Of a stretch of 64,000 nt of DNA, positions 1 to 10,076 are shown piece after piece. Position 1 is the stretch's first letter. The number at the start of each line of letters is the position of its first letter. A model generated the notes under the pieces. That model did not search any database and was not told the origin of the DNA. It was given only the letters and a program-made list of their open reading frames with translations. The position numbers were made by a program, and so were the translations under genes. This DNA comes from Mobula hypostoma (Eukaryota): the NCBI RefSeq assembly GCF_963921235.1, contig NC_086107.1:110734001-110798000 (forward strand), written 5' to 3'.

Positions 1-75
1 GCAGAATCAAATATTGCTGTGATGATTGTACGTTCTAGTATCAATTGTTTGGCGACAATAGAGTATAAAGTATAA

Positions 76-710
76 ATTAGGAATTAAGAAGGCATGTGGC
101 ATATTTGTTTTTATTGAGAAGGATTTGGAGTTTAAGAATGGGGAGTTCTTGTTACAGTTGTACAGGATATTGTTGAAGTTATACCTGGAATACTGTGCAT
201 AGTTTTGGGCACTCTACCTTAAAAAAATGGAGTCAGTCCAGAGGAGATTCACCAGGCTACATCCTGAGTTAAGAGGATTGTCCTATTAAGAGAGGGTGGA
301 TAGGTTGGGTCTACATTCTGTGGAGGCTAGAAGAATGGGGGGAGGGAAGTAGTGGGGTAATGACCTTATTCAGACATGTAAGGTGAGTTTAACAGAGTAG
401 ATTATGAGATCTTTCCACTTGTGGGAGGATTGTAAGTAAGGGGACATAGTTGCAAAATAGTTAGAACTCAGGTATCTGGTAATTACTTCTCAGACGGTGT
501 GAATCTCTGGAATTCTCTGTCTGAGAAGCTGATGGAAGCTGGATCTTTGGCCATCTTTTAGTTGGAGTTAAGTACTTGAAAGATTGAGCCATCGTGGGGT
601 TATGGGGAACTGACGCAGAAGAGGTGTTGATGCAAGCATAGACCAGCCATGATTGTATTGAGTGGCAGGGCAGACTTGAGGGGCCAATTATAGCTCCTTT
701 TTCCTTCTGT
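76..710 (+). mobile_element. Decayed CR1/HER1-like LINE 3' fragment (RT C-terminus and 3' UTR)
   Basis: Remnant 'PYLEYCA*FWALYLKK...VQRRFTRL' and the CR1 tail motif 'gagggccaattatagctcct'; many stops and frameshifts. Confidence 0.8.
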
Positions 711-2177
711 TGTTTTGTAAAAAATGCATTAGAGGACAAAAAAAGTCAGGAATATATTTGATTTAAATCTTTTCACTGCTAATCAGTCTTGATGAAGCAC
801 CATGAAGCTCTGCTTTTTACTTCTACATGAAAATACAACATTTTAACATATTTTATTGAAAAGTGTGATAAGTATAAATCACACACAGAGCAGGCTGAAG
901 TCACTTTAATTTGTATCGATGGGAATTGCTACTGTGGATAAAATTCATTCTAAGCACATTAATCATGACTCAAAAATAATATTGGATAAACCAAATCATC
1001 ATCAGACCACTGACATTTAGATAAATGGTCACTGCTTTTGCTCTGAGTCAGACAAGCCATTGGAGTTGGTTAGTTCACACTGAAACTGAAGCCCTGTATT
1101 TGCCTTGTCTTTTCATCCTGTGTCAACTCTGTCTTTTTACTGAGATACAGCGCTCAAAAGACAGGGTGCCGCGAACCGAGGCGAGAGCCGATGTCCCTCG
1201 CTCTCCTCCCTCCATGGCTCTGAGGCGACGAAGACTGCCCCGGCTGCTGTGCTCCATGCCCACTAATATGATGAACTGATAATCGAGTCCTTGGGCCTAC
1301 TCCGGGCTGCTCCAGGGTTCGGATCTAAGGACTCAATTTGGTTCAGAATGCTGTCATTCGCGTCAATCGCTCGCATGATTTGTGTGTTTTTTTTCCCTCT
1401 TAACTTGCACATTGTGTATTGGTCTTTTTTTCAAATTGGGTTCTTTTGGGTTTCTTGCTTTGTGGCTGCCTGTAAGCAGACAAATCTCAAGGTTGTACAA
1501 TTTATACATTCTTTGATAATAAATGTACTTTGAATATTTGAAATTGGCCCTTCTGACCATTTGAGCCATGCCACCCTGATTTAACACTAGCCTAATCCCA
1601 GGGCAGTTTACAGTGACCAATTCACTTACCAACCACCACTCTGAGCTACCCACACAAACCTTAGCTGCTCATTTAGCCCTTCTGAAATCCATGAGGCGAG
1701 TGCCCCTCCCTGCACCCCATCCTAACCCAAGTTTATAGGAGCACCGTCGGGAGTGTTCTGACCAGCTGCAGCACCGCCTGGTGCAGGAATTGCGAGGCAC
1801 CTGACCGCAAATCCATACAAAGGATTGCGAGGGCTGCTGAGGGGATCGTTGGGGTCTCTCTTCCACCCATCAGAGATAGTTATCAGGAGCACCTCATACA
1901 CAGGGCAGTGATCCCTCTCATCTGTCCAAGAGTCTCTTCAACACCCCCCCCCCGCCCCACCATCAGGCAGGAGGTATTGTAGCATCAGGACAAGGGCTCT
2001 TAGGATGGGAAACAACTTCCCTCCCCTGGGGCAGGAGTCTACTGAACTCCCTGCCACTACCCAGGTCTCACTATGCATGAAGTGCCAATAGCGTAATACT
2101 GTTTACCTTTGAACTTGTGTAGTATGTGCACATTATTATTTGTTAATTTATGTGCAGTAATATTAGTTCAGTGTTAT

Positions 2178-2194
2178 GTGTGTGTGCGTGTGTG

Positions 2195-2240
<46 letters not shown>

Positions 2241-2251
2241 CGTGTGTGTGC

Positions 2252-2295
<44 letters not shown>

Positions 2296-2301
2296 GTGTG
2301 C

Positions 2302-2343
<42 letters not shown>

Positions 2344-2353
2344 GCGCGTGTGT
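2178..2353. repeat. (TG)n/(CG) microsatellite
   Basis: Seen directly; explains the Cys-Val and His-Thr repeat ORFs. Confidence 0.98.
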
Positions 2354-2361
2354 GAGTTATA

Positions 2362-2680
2362 TCTGGTTGGGTTGAGTTGCTCTCTGACTTTGGCAATCCA
2401 CTTGCAAACGTTTCGTCACCATACCAGGAGACATCGTCAGCACACTGTTCATTTGTGGTGTGTCCTCCCAATGCTTGGCCTTTATATACTTATCAATCAG
2501 TTGACTGGTTGTCGTTACGGAAACTCAGTAGTGACGTAGGGAGGAAATCTCATGGCTGATTGGCTGTGTGGTGAACGTTGAGCATTGTGGTCTGGAATTG
2601 TGCCCTCATTGGCTCATAAATAGGATTGAGGTCTACCTGTCCATTTGCAGAAAACCATGCTTCCAGGAATTTTCATGCAT
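2362..2680 (-). mobile_element. Penelope-like element 3' end (second PLE lineage; GIY-YIG C-terminus plus pLTR)
   Basis: Minus strand reads '..KFLEAWFSANG..DLNPIYEPMRAQ', like the PLE endonuclease end, followed by a hammerhead core. Confidence 0.7.
2403..2444 (-). ncRNA. Degenerate minimal hammerhead ribozyme
   Basis: Minus strand TGTG-CTGACGA-T-GTCTCC-TGGTAT-GGTGAC-GAAA-CGTT-TGCA: CUGANGA and GAAA core boxes with stem II. Confidence 0.65.
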
Positions 2681-3182
2681 GCTGCGTGTTTGCTTATGCC
2701 ATGACTTCCATTGAATTATGGATACTGTGTTGTGCACCTTGGTCTGGGGTGGCATTGTCTCGTTTGGCGGTATACATATGAGTGGTTGAATGTCAATGAA
2801 CTCAACTTGAACCTGAACTTGATTTTACCCTTTTTCTTCAACCCCCGAATTAGCCATTTCTTCAACCTCCCTCTCTTTGGGTAAGGGCAACGCTTCAGAA
2901 TTCCTAACAGAATGTATGAGACAGCTTCATTCGAGATTCAAGTTGACCTACCATGCGCACATGGAAATATACAGTGAAATGTGTCATTTGCGACAGCAAA
3001 CAACACGCCTAAGGTTGTGCCTAAGGCAGCCCGCAAGATTCGCCACACATTCCTGTGCCAACATAGCATACCCATAATGCTTGGCAGAACAAGGCAGAAC
3101 ACAACAAGGGACCAATAACTAGGTTTAAGGCTCTGGTTTTGAACTCTCCTACGTATAGGAGCATCATTTCTCGTCTACAACA

Positions 3183-3480
3183 GTGCACCACGGTGACGTA
3201 GCGATTAGCAGAATGCTGTTACAGCCCGGGGCATCGGAGTTTGAAGTTCAATTCCAACGTCATCTGTAAGGAGGCTGTGCCTCCTCCCTGTGGAATGCGT
3301 GGATTTTCTCCGGGTGTTCCGGTTTCCTCCCACTGTCCAAAGGCATAACGGTTGGTAGGTTAAATGGTCATTGTAAGTTGCCTTGTCATTAGGCTAGGGC
3401 TAAACGGGGGGTTGCTGGGGTGGCGTGGGCTGAGGGCCAGAAAGGCCTATTCTACACCGTGTCTCTAAACAATCAAATAA
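3183..3480 (+). mobile_element. V-SINE (HE1-like)
   Basis: tRNA-like head, V domain 'ctccgggtgttccggtttcctcccactgtccaaag', LINE-like tail. Confidence 0.8.
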
Positions 3481-3581
3481 TAGTTATTTCTGTGGGGTCA
3501 CTACTCCTCAAGATTAAAGAGCCCAAGCCTGTTCAATCAATTCTGACAGTTTTGGGCTCTATTTGTGAAATGTGAAATCTT

Positions 3582-4200
3582 GGGCGCCATGGTGACATAG
3601 TGGCTAGCACAGTGCCAGCAACCTGGGTTCAATTCCCACCACCGCCTGTAAGGAGTATGTACATTCTCCCCGTGACTGCGTGGGTTTCCTCCGGGTGCTC
3701 TGGTTTCCTCCCATAGTCCAAAGATGTACTGATTGATTGGTTGATTGGTCATTGTAAGATTGTCTTGTGGATAGGCTAGGGTTAAACTGAGGGATTGTGT
3801 GGGCACGTGGCCAAGTGGTTAAGGCATTGGACTAGCAACCTGAAGGTTGTGAGTTCGAGCCCCAGCCAAGGCAACGTGTTGTGTCCTTGAGCAAGGCGCT
3901 TAATCACACAGTGCTCTGTGATGACACTGGTGCCAAGCTGTATGGGTCCTAATGCCCTTCCCTTGGACAACATCGGTGTCGTGGAGAGGGGAGATTTGCA
4001 GCATGGGCAACTGCTGCTCTTCCATACAACCTTGCCCAGGCCTGCACCCTGGAGAGTGAAGACTTCCCAGGCGCAGGTCCATGGTCTTGCAAGACTAACG
4101 GATGCCTTTATATTTACTTAAACTGAGGGATTGCTGGGTGGCGCGGCTTGAAGGGCTGAGAGGGCCTATTCTGCACTATATCTCAATAAATAAATAAATA
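3582..4200 (+). mobile_element. V-SINE interrupted by a second SINE
   Basis: V domain at about 3665-3725; tail resumes at 4134 after the insertion. Confidence 0.8.
3798..4117 (+). mobile_element. tRNA-derived SINE with CORE-like domain and RTE-type tail
   Basis: A box 'tggccaagtgg', B box 'gttcgagcc', CORE-like 'gtgtccttgagcaaggcgcttaatc'; 16-bp TSD ttaaactgagggattg at 3782-3797 and 4118-4133. Confidence 0.85.
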
Positions 4201-4329
4201 TCTAACTAAAACCTTGTTGCATCGTGCAGTCAGACATGTAGCTGGAAAACAGCCTGCACCAACCCTCAAGCAGCCATTTTGTTCTCCCCGCACTCTAATC
4301 AACTCCAGTCAGAGTCTCCCACACACACA

Positions 4330-4865
4330 TACACACCAGGAGACAATGTATAGCAGCCAATTAACCTCACGCCTCTGGGATGTGGGAGGAAAGTGAAGCG
4401 TGGAGGAACACCACGTGGTCACAGGGAGAACATGCAAACTCCACACAGACAGCACCCGAGGTCGGATCGAACCCAGGCTGCTGGAGTTGTGAGGCAGCAG
4501 TGCGGCTAGCTGCACCACTTTGTAATGTGCATCACGATTTGATTGATTGTACATTTATTGTTTTATTTCATTTAGAAATGCAATGCAGAACGTGTCCTTC
4601 CAGCCCTTTGAGCCGTGCCGCCCGGCAACCTACGACAATCCCGACTTAACCCTAACCTAATCACGGGACAAATTACAATGACCAATTCACCTGCTAGCCG
4701 GTACGCCTTCAGAATGTGGGAGGAAGCCAGAGCACCCGGAGAAAACCCACACGTTCCATGGGGGGGACGTACAGAGTCTTTACAGATGACATCAGAATTG
4801 AACACTGAACTCTAACAACCCGATCTGTAATAGCGTTGTGCTAACCGCTACGCTACCGTGGCACC
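4330..4865 (-). mobile_element. Two tandem V-SINE copies
   Basis: Reverse-complement V domains ('tgtgggaggaa..gagcacccggagaaaacccac') and tRNA-like heads ending at about 4520 and 4865. Confidence 0.75.
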
Positions 4866-5011
4866 CATGTGTTAGTTTGCATTTTCCGTAGAACTCCACC
4901 ACTCGTTTTAGAATCTACAAAGTTACCACCACCTAAAGTTAAGAGTAGCTTCATCCTTCGCATGTATATCGAAACAACAAAACATAAAATGAAATGTGTC
5001 ATCTGCATCAT

Positions 5012-5294
5012 CTAGAAGAATGGGGGGAGGGAAATAGTGGGGTAATGACCTTATTCAGACATGTAAAGTGAGCTTAACAGAGTAGATTATGAGATCTTTC
5101 CACTTGTGGGAGGATTGTAAGTAAGGGGACATAGTTGCAAAATAGTTAGAACTCAGGTATGTGGTAATTACTTCTCAGACGGTGTGAATCTCTGGAATTC
5201 TCTGCCTGAGAAGCTGATGGAAGCCGGATCTTTGGCCATCTTTTAGTTGGAGTTAAGTACTTGAAAGATTGAGCAATCGTGGGGTTATGGGGAA
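5012..5294 (+). repeat. Near-identical copy of 327-609 inserted into a SINE
   Basis: 283 bp matching 327-609 with about 7 substitutions counted by eye. Confidence 0.95.
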
Positions 5295-5929
5295 GTGTCG
5301 CCGTGCTTCCAGAGCCAACATACTGTAGCATATCCACAGCTTACTAACTCGTACATCTTTGGAACGTGGGAGGAAACCAGAGCACCCAGAGGAAACCCAC
5401 GTGGTCATGGGGAGAGTGTATGAACTCCTGACAGACATCAGCGGGGACTGGACCCCAGCTTCTGGCTCTGTAAAGTTACGCTGCCATGCCACCAGATTTC
5501 GTTAGATATTATAGAACAAGACCTTTAGAAGTTAGTCCAGTGTTTTCCCTTCTGCTTACATGAAGCCAATTGCACACAGTTTGCTTATTATCTCACTCTC
5601 CCTTCTCTGAAATAACAGACCTATATTTGCATGCTTCCAATCTTTGGGAACCATTCTGGAATCTTTGGAATTTCTGGGAATGATGAACAGTGCATCCTCA
5701 ATCACCAAAGTCACCTTTTCCAAAGTCCTGGAATGCGGGTTGACTGGCCCTGAGCATCTTCCATATTTCAGTGCCGGAATTTCCCCCTTCCTTCCTCATG
5801 GCTTATTTCCCTCTTCCCTCTATCCTTTGTGTTCTTCATCTGTTTCCGATGACTTCTTCCTGGAGGCTGACTCAAAATACAATTATGATTTTCTTTAAGT
5901 TCTTAAAGTTTATCAATCCAGTGAGGTGG

Positions 5930-6505
5930 TGGGGTGGGGGGTGGTAGTGGGGGCAAGCTCCTGCTACCTATTAAATGCCCCCAATGGCGTGCATCTTAAA
6001 TAGCCTCTGACAACCAAGTCCAGTTCTTGGCCTTCTTGTGTGGTTTAGCTACTAAGCCCAGTGGAACCATTGCAGCTGACAGGAGAGGGGCCAAGGGAAG
6101 ATTGCTGGTGCCTTAAAATCAGTGGCTCCAGACGGATGGAGCTCATCAGCAGTGATTGGCAGCTCACCGAGGAGAAGAAAAACTCGGATCTCAAACCTCT
6201 GCTGCCTTGCGGCTATACCCACTCATGGGGAAGGCTTCAGGAGTAAACCCCGAGGGAAAAATGCAGAGCTGAAGTCCCTACGGCCGTCCTACGTTGAGAT
6301 CAGCGCTGTCTGATGACTCCCACGACACCGCCGGTGTCAAACTGTATCGGCCTCTGCCGTTCCTTTGGGTTCATCAGCTGCGTGGAGAGGGGGAGTTTGC
6401 TCCATGGGGAAACAGCCTGCTCTCCATATCGTACTGCCCTGGCTTGTGTATCACGTAGACAGCTAGGACACAGTACCCACGCTGACCCTGACCAATGGTT
6501 ACCCA
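5930..6505 (+). mobile_element. Non-autonomous retroposon resembling an RTE 5' UTR (other copies at ~11765-12520 and ~30090-30295)
   Basis: Shared block 'ggagaagaaaaactc..atctcaaacctctgctgccttgcggctatacccactcatggggaaggc' recurs at 11806-11870; no ORF. Confidence 0.6.
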
Positions 6506-6629
6506 ATTACCATAAAGGGACCGAAGTTCATCTTCAGCATTCAAAGGGAGAATATTGCACAGCTGTTTGCTAACCAAGTAGAATATCCCAGACAGCATAC
6601 CTCCAGGGAAATTCACCAGGTTTAACCAG

Positions 6630-7150
6630 AAGTTTAGTTCAAAGATCAAAGTAAATTTATTATCAAAGTACATATATGTCACCATATACAACCCTGAGAT
6701 TCATTTCCTTGTGGGAATACTCAATAAATCCAAGAAACGTAATAGAATCAATGAGATCAACAGGACGGACAAACAACCAATGTGCAAACGACAACAACTG
6801 TGCAAATACAAAAAAAAAGAAATAATAATAGTAAATAAATAAACAATAAATATCAAGAACATGAGATGAAGATCCCTTAAAAGTGAGTCCATAGGTTTTT
6901 GGAACAGTTCAGTGATGGGGCAAGTGAAGTTGAGTGAAGTTTTTCCCTCTGGTTCAAGAGCCTGATGGTTGAGGGGTAATAACTCTTCCTGAACCTGGTG
7001 GTGTGAGTCCTGAGGCTCCTGTACTACCTTCCTGATGACAGCAGCAAGAAGAGAGCATGACCTCTGAGTGACGGGGTTCCTGATGATGGATGCTGCTTTC
7101 CTGCGACAGTGCTCCCTATAGATGTGCTCAATGGTGCGTAGGGCTTTACC
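6630..7150 (-). mobile_element. Rex1-type LINE 3' end
   Basis: 'TIEHIYREHCRRKAASIIRNP' plus a 3' UTR ending aataaatttactttga; family recurs at 15570-16690, 41610-42100, 43740 and 56965. Confidence 0.75.
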
Positions 7151-7445
7151 TGATACGGGCAGAGACAAGGGAAGTGGGTCCAACATCCTTGCTGGGAGAT
7201 TTGCTACTGCCATTGGGAAGGTTTAAACTGAGCTGGCAGAGGAAGGGAACTCGGAGTAGTGGCTCAGATGAAGAAGTGCAAAGATCCAGAGGAGAATTAG
7301 GAGGTACAGCAGGCTGAACGAGCGGGTTGGTGCACATCCTCTTGCTAACGTCAGTGGTGTTAAGTTGAGAGGTTTGGGTGCACAGGTTCCTAGGAGTGAA
7401 CAGCATCGGTAGCCTGTTCTGGTCCAACCATAGCTCAGAAAGCAC

Positions 7446-7865
7446 GTTGACTGCTCAAACTTCTGCTAATGCCCCACCTCCCTCTCATACCCCATGCATT
7501 ATTTATTTATATTCTTTTTCTCTCTCTCCTTTTTCTCCCTCTGTCCCTCTGACTATACCCCTTGCCCATCCTCTGGACTCCCCCTCCCCCCCCTTTTCTT
7601 TCTCCCTGGGCCTCCTGTCCCATGATCCTCTCATATCCCCTTTGCCAATCACCTGTCCAGCTCTTGGCTCCATCTTTCCCTCTCCTGTCTTCTCCTATCA
7701 ATTTGGATCTCCCCCTCCCCCTCCCCCTCCCACTTTCAAATCTCTTACTCACTCTTCCTTCAGTTAGTCCTGACGAAGGGTCTCGGCCTGAAACGTCGAC
7801 TGCACCTCTTCCTGGAGATGCTGCCTGGACCGCTGCGTTCACCAGCATTTTTTGTGTGTGTGTTG
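7446..7865 (+). mobile_element. Penelope-like (Neptune-type) 3' UTR/pLTR
   Basis: Homologous to the region downstream of the GIY-YIG ORF at 9777-10076; polypyrimidine tract plus hammerhead. Confidence 0.85.
7766..7801 (+). ncRNA. Minimal type I hammerhead ribozyme
   Basis: AGTC-CTGACGA-A-GGGT-CTCG-GCCT-GAAA-CGTC-GACT: stem I AGTC/GACT, stem II, palindromic ACGT stem III, GUC cleavage triplet at 7795-7797. Confidence 0.85.
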
Positions 7866-8217
7866 ACAGTAACACCTCTACTTCTTTAGGAAGCTAAAGA
7901 AACTTACCATGTACCCTCTCAAATGTTTGAGATATATCTCAGAAACCATCATTAGTCTGGCAACTACTGGGTACACCATTGCTACGGCAACTACTCTGCC
8001 CAAGACTGGAAGAAACTGCAGCAAGCTGTGAACACAGTTCAGCACTTCACAGAAACTAGCCTTCTCTTCATGTACTTTGTGTAGACTTCTCACTGCCTCG
8101 ATAAAGCATAATCAAAGCTACCCACCCGTCCTGCACATTCCCTCTCCTTCCTGCCATCAGGCAGAAGATGCAAAAGCCTAAATGCATGTACCATCCAGCC
8201 TCTACCCCGCTGTTACA

Positions 8218-9329
8218 CACTCAGCTGCCACTTTACTAGCTACCTCCTATACCTAATAAAGTGGCCACTGAGTGTACGTTCATGGTCTTCTGCTGCTGTA
8301 GCCTGTCCACTTCAAGGTTTGATATGTTGTGCATTCAGAGATGCTCTTCTGCACGCCACTGTTGTAACGTGTGGTTACTTGAGTTACCGTCGCCTTCCTG
8401 TCGGCTTGAACCAGTCTGGCCATTCTCCCCGACCTCTCTCATCAACAAGGCATTTTTGCCCACAGAACTGCTGCTCGCTGGCCTCCTTTCGTTTTTCACA
8501 CCATTCTCTGTAAACTCTAGAGAATGCTGTGCATGAAAATCCCAGAAGATCAGTGGTTTCTGTGATAATCAAACCACCCCAGCTGGCACCGACAATCATT
8601 CCACGGTCAAAGTCACTTTGATCACATTTCTTCCCCATTCTGAAGTCTGGTCTGAACAACAGCAACAACTTAGAATCATAGAACCACAGAACATTACAGC
8701 ACAGAAACAGGCCTTTTGGCCCTTCTTGGCTGTGCCGAACCATTTTTCTGCCTCGTCCCACTGACCTGCACCTGGACCATACCCCTCCATACACCAGAAT
8801 TGCCAGCAGAGTCCACACACCAAGTAAATTGGACCTAGGGATCAAGCTGCCAAAGTTTAAGAGATGTTGAGTGAGTATTTCTGGTCTAGGATCAAATGTT
8901 TGTTTCTGGAGTTCCTCTGGAAGCAATGGCTGTTAATCTGAGGAGAGAACTTCTTCCCCTCTGCCATACGATTCCTAAATGGACATCAAACCTATGAACA
9001 CTACCTTCCCTTTTTTAAAAAAAATATATATAGTTCTGCATTTGCACTATTTTTAATCTATTCAATATACATATACTGTATATATTTAATGTAATCGATT
9101 TATTTATTTATTTTTCTTTCTATATTATCATGTATTGCATTGTACTGCTGCTGCTAAGTTAACAAATTTCACGACATACGCCGGTGATAATCAACCCGAT
9201 TCGGAACTGAGCCTCTTGACCATGTCGGCATGCTTTTGTGCATTGAGTTGCTGCCACATGATTGGCTGATTAGATACTTGCGTTAACGAGCAGGTGTTCA
9301 GGTGTACCTAATAAAGTGGCCACTGAGTG
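8218..9329 (-). mobile_element. Non-autonomous Tc1-like transposon (interrupted)
   Basis: ITR 'tacctaataaagtggccactgagtg'; HTH remnant MGKKCDQSDFDRGMIVGASWGGLIITETTDLLGFSCTAFSRVYREW. Confidence 0.85.
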
Positions 9330-9450
9330 CAAGACACACAAAATGCTGGAAGAACTCAGTCGGCCAGGCAGCATCTACGGAAGAGAGTATTTTCTCTTAA
9401 AAGTTTCTGGTAAACGCAGCAGGCCAGGCAGCATCTCTAGGAAGAGGTAC

Positions 9451-9486
9451 AGTCGACGTTTCAGGCCGAGACCCTTCGTCAGGATT
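9451..9486 (-). ncRNA. Minimal type I hammerhead ribozyme
   Basis: Minus strand AATC-CTGACGA-A-GGGT-CTCG-GCCT-GAAA-CGTC-GACT, same sense as the GIY-YIG ORF. Confidence 0.8.
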
Positions 9487-9776
9487 AACTGAAGGAAGAG
9501 TGAGTAAGGGATTTGAAAGTTGGAGGGGGAGGGGGAGATCCAAAATGATAGGAGAAGACAGGAGGGGGAGGGATGGAGCCAAGAGCTGGACAGGTGATTG
9601 GCAAAAGGGATATGAGAGGATCATGGGACAGGAGGCCCAGGGAGAAGGAAAAGGGGGGGGTCCCAGAGGATGGGCAAGGGGTATATTCAGAGGGACAGAG
9701 GGAGAAAAAGGAGAGTGAGAGAAAGAATGTGTATATATAAATAAATAACAGATGGGTACGAGGGGGAAGTGGGGCA

Positions 9777-10076
9777 TTAGCGGAAGTTTGAGAAGTCAAT
9801 GTTCATGCCATCAGGTTGGAGGCTACCCAGACGGAATATAAGGTGTTGTTTCTCCAACCTGAGTGTGGCTTCATCTTTACAGTAGAGGAGGCCGTGGATA
9901 GACATGTCAGAATGGGAATGGGAATGGGATGTGGAATTAAAATGTGTGGCCACTGGGAGATCCTGCTTTCTCTGGCGGACAGAGCATAGGTGTTCAGCGA
10001 AACAATCTCCCAGTCTGCGTCGGGTCTCGCCAATATGTAGAAGGCCACATCGGGAGCACCGGACGCAGTATATCAC
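9777..10076 (-). pseudogene. PLE GIY-YIG endonuclease domain (5'-truncated)
   Basis: IYCVRCSRCGLLHIGETRRRLGDCFAEH...HFN...H...RLEKQHLIFRLGSLQPDGMN; GIY/YIG-like motifs with the CxxC insert typical of PLEs. Confidence 0.9.

Noticed and set aside
2109..2539. Cys/Val-rich and His/Thr-rich ORFs
   Set aside because: Translations of a (TG)n microsatellite
3801..3865. tRNA gene candidate with A and B boxes
   Set aside because: It is the head of a SINE with a 16-bp TSD and a second copy at about 58000-58063; no intact cloverleaf
7378..7897. Pro/Ser-rich or Gly/Arg-rich ORFs (also 9397-9799, 18985-19451, 62826-63487)
   Set aside because: Open frames arising from the low-complexity polypyrimidine PLE 3' UTR
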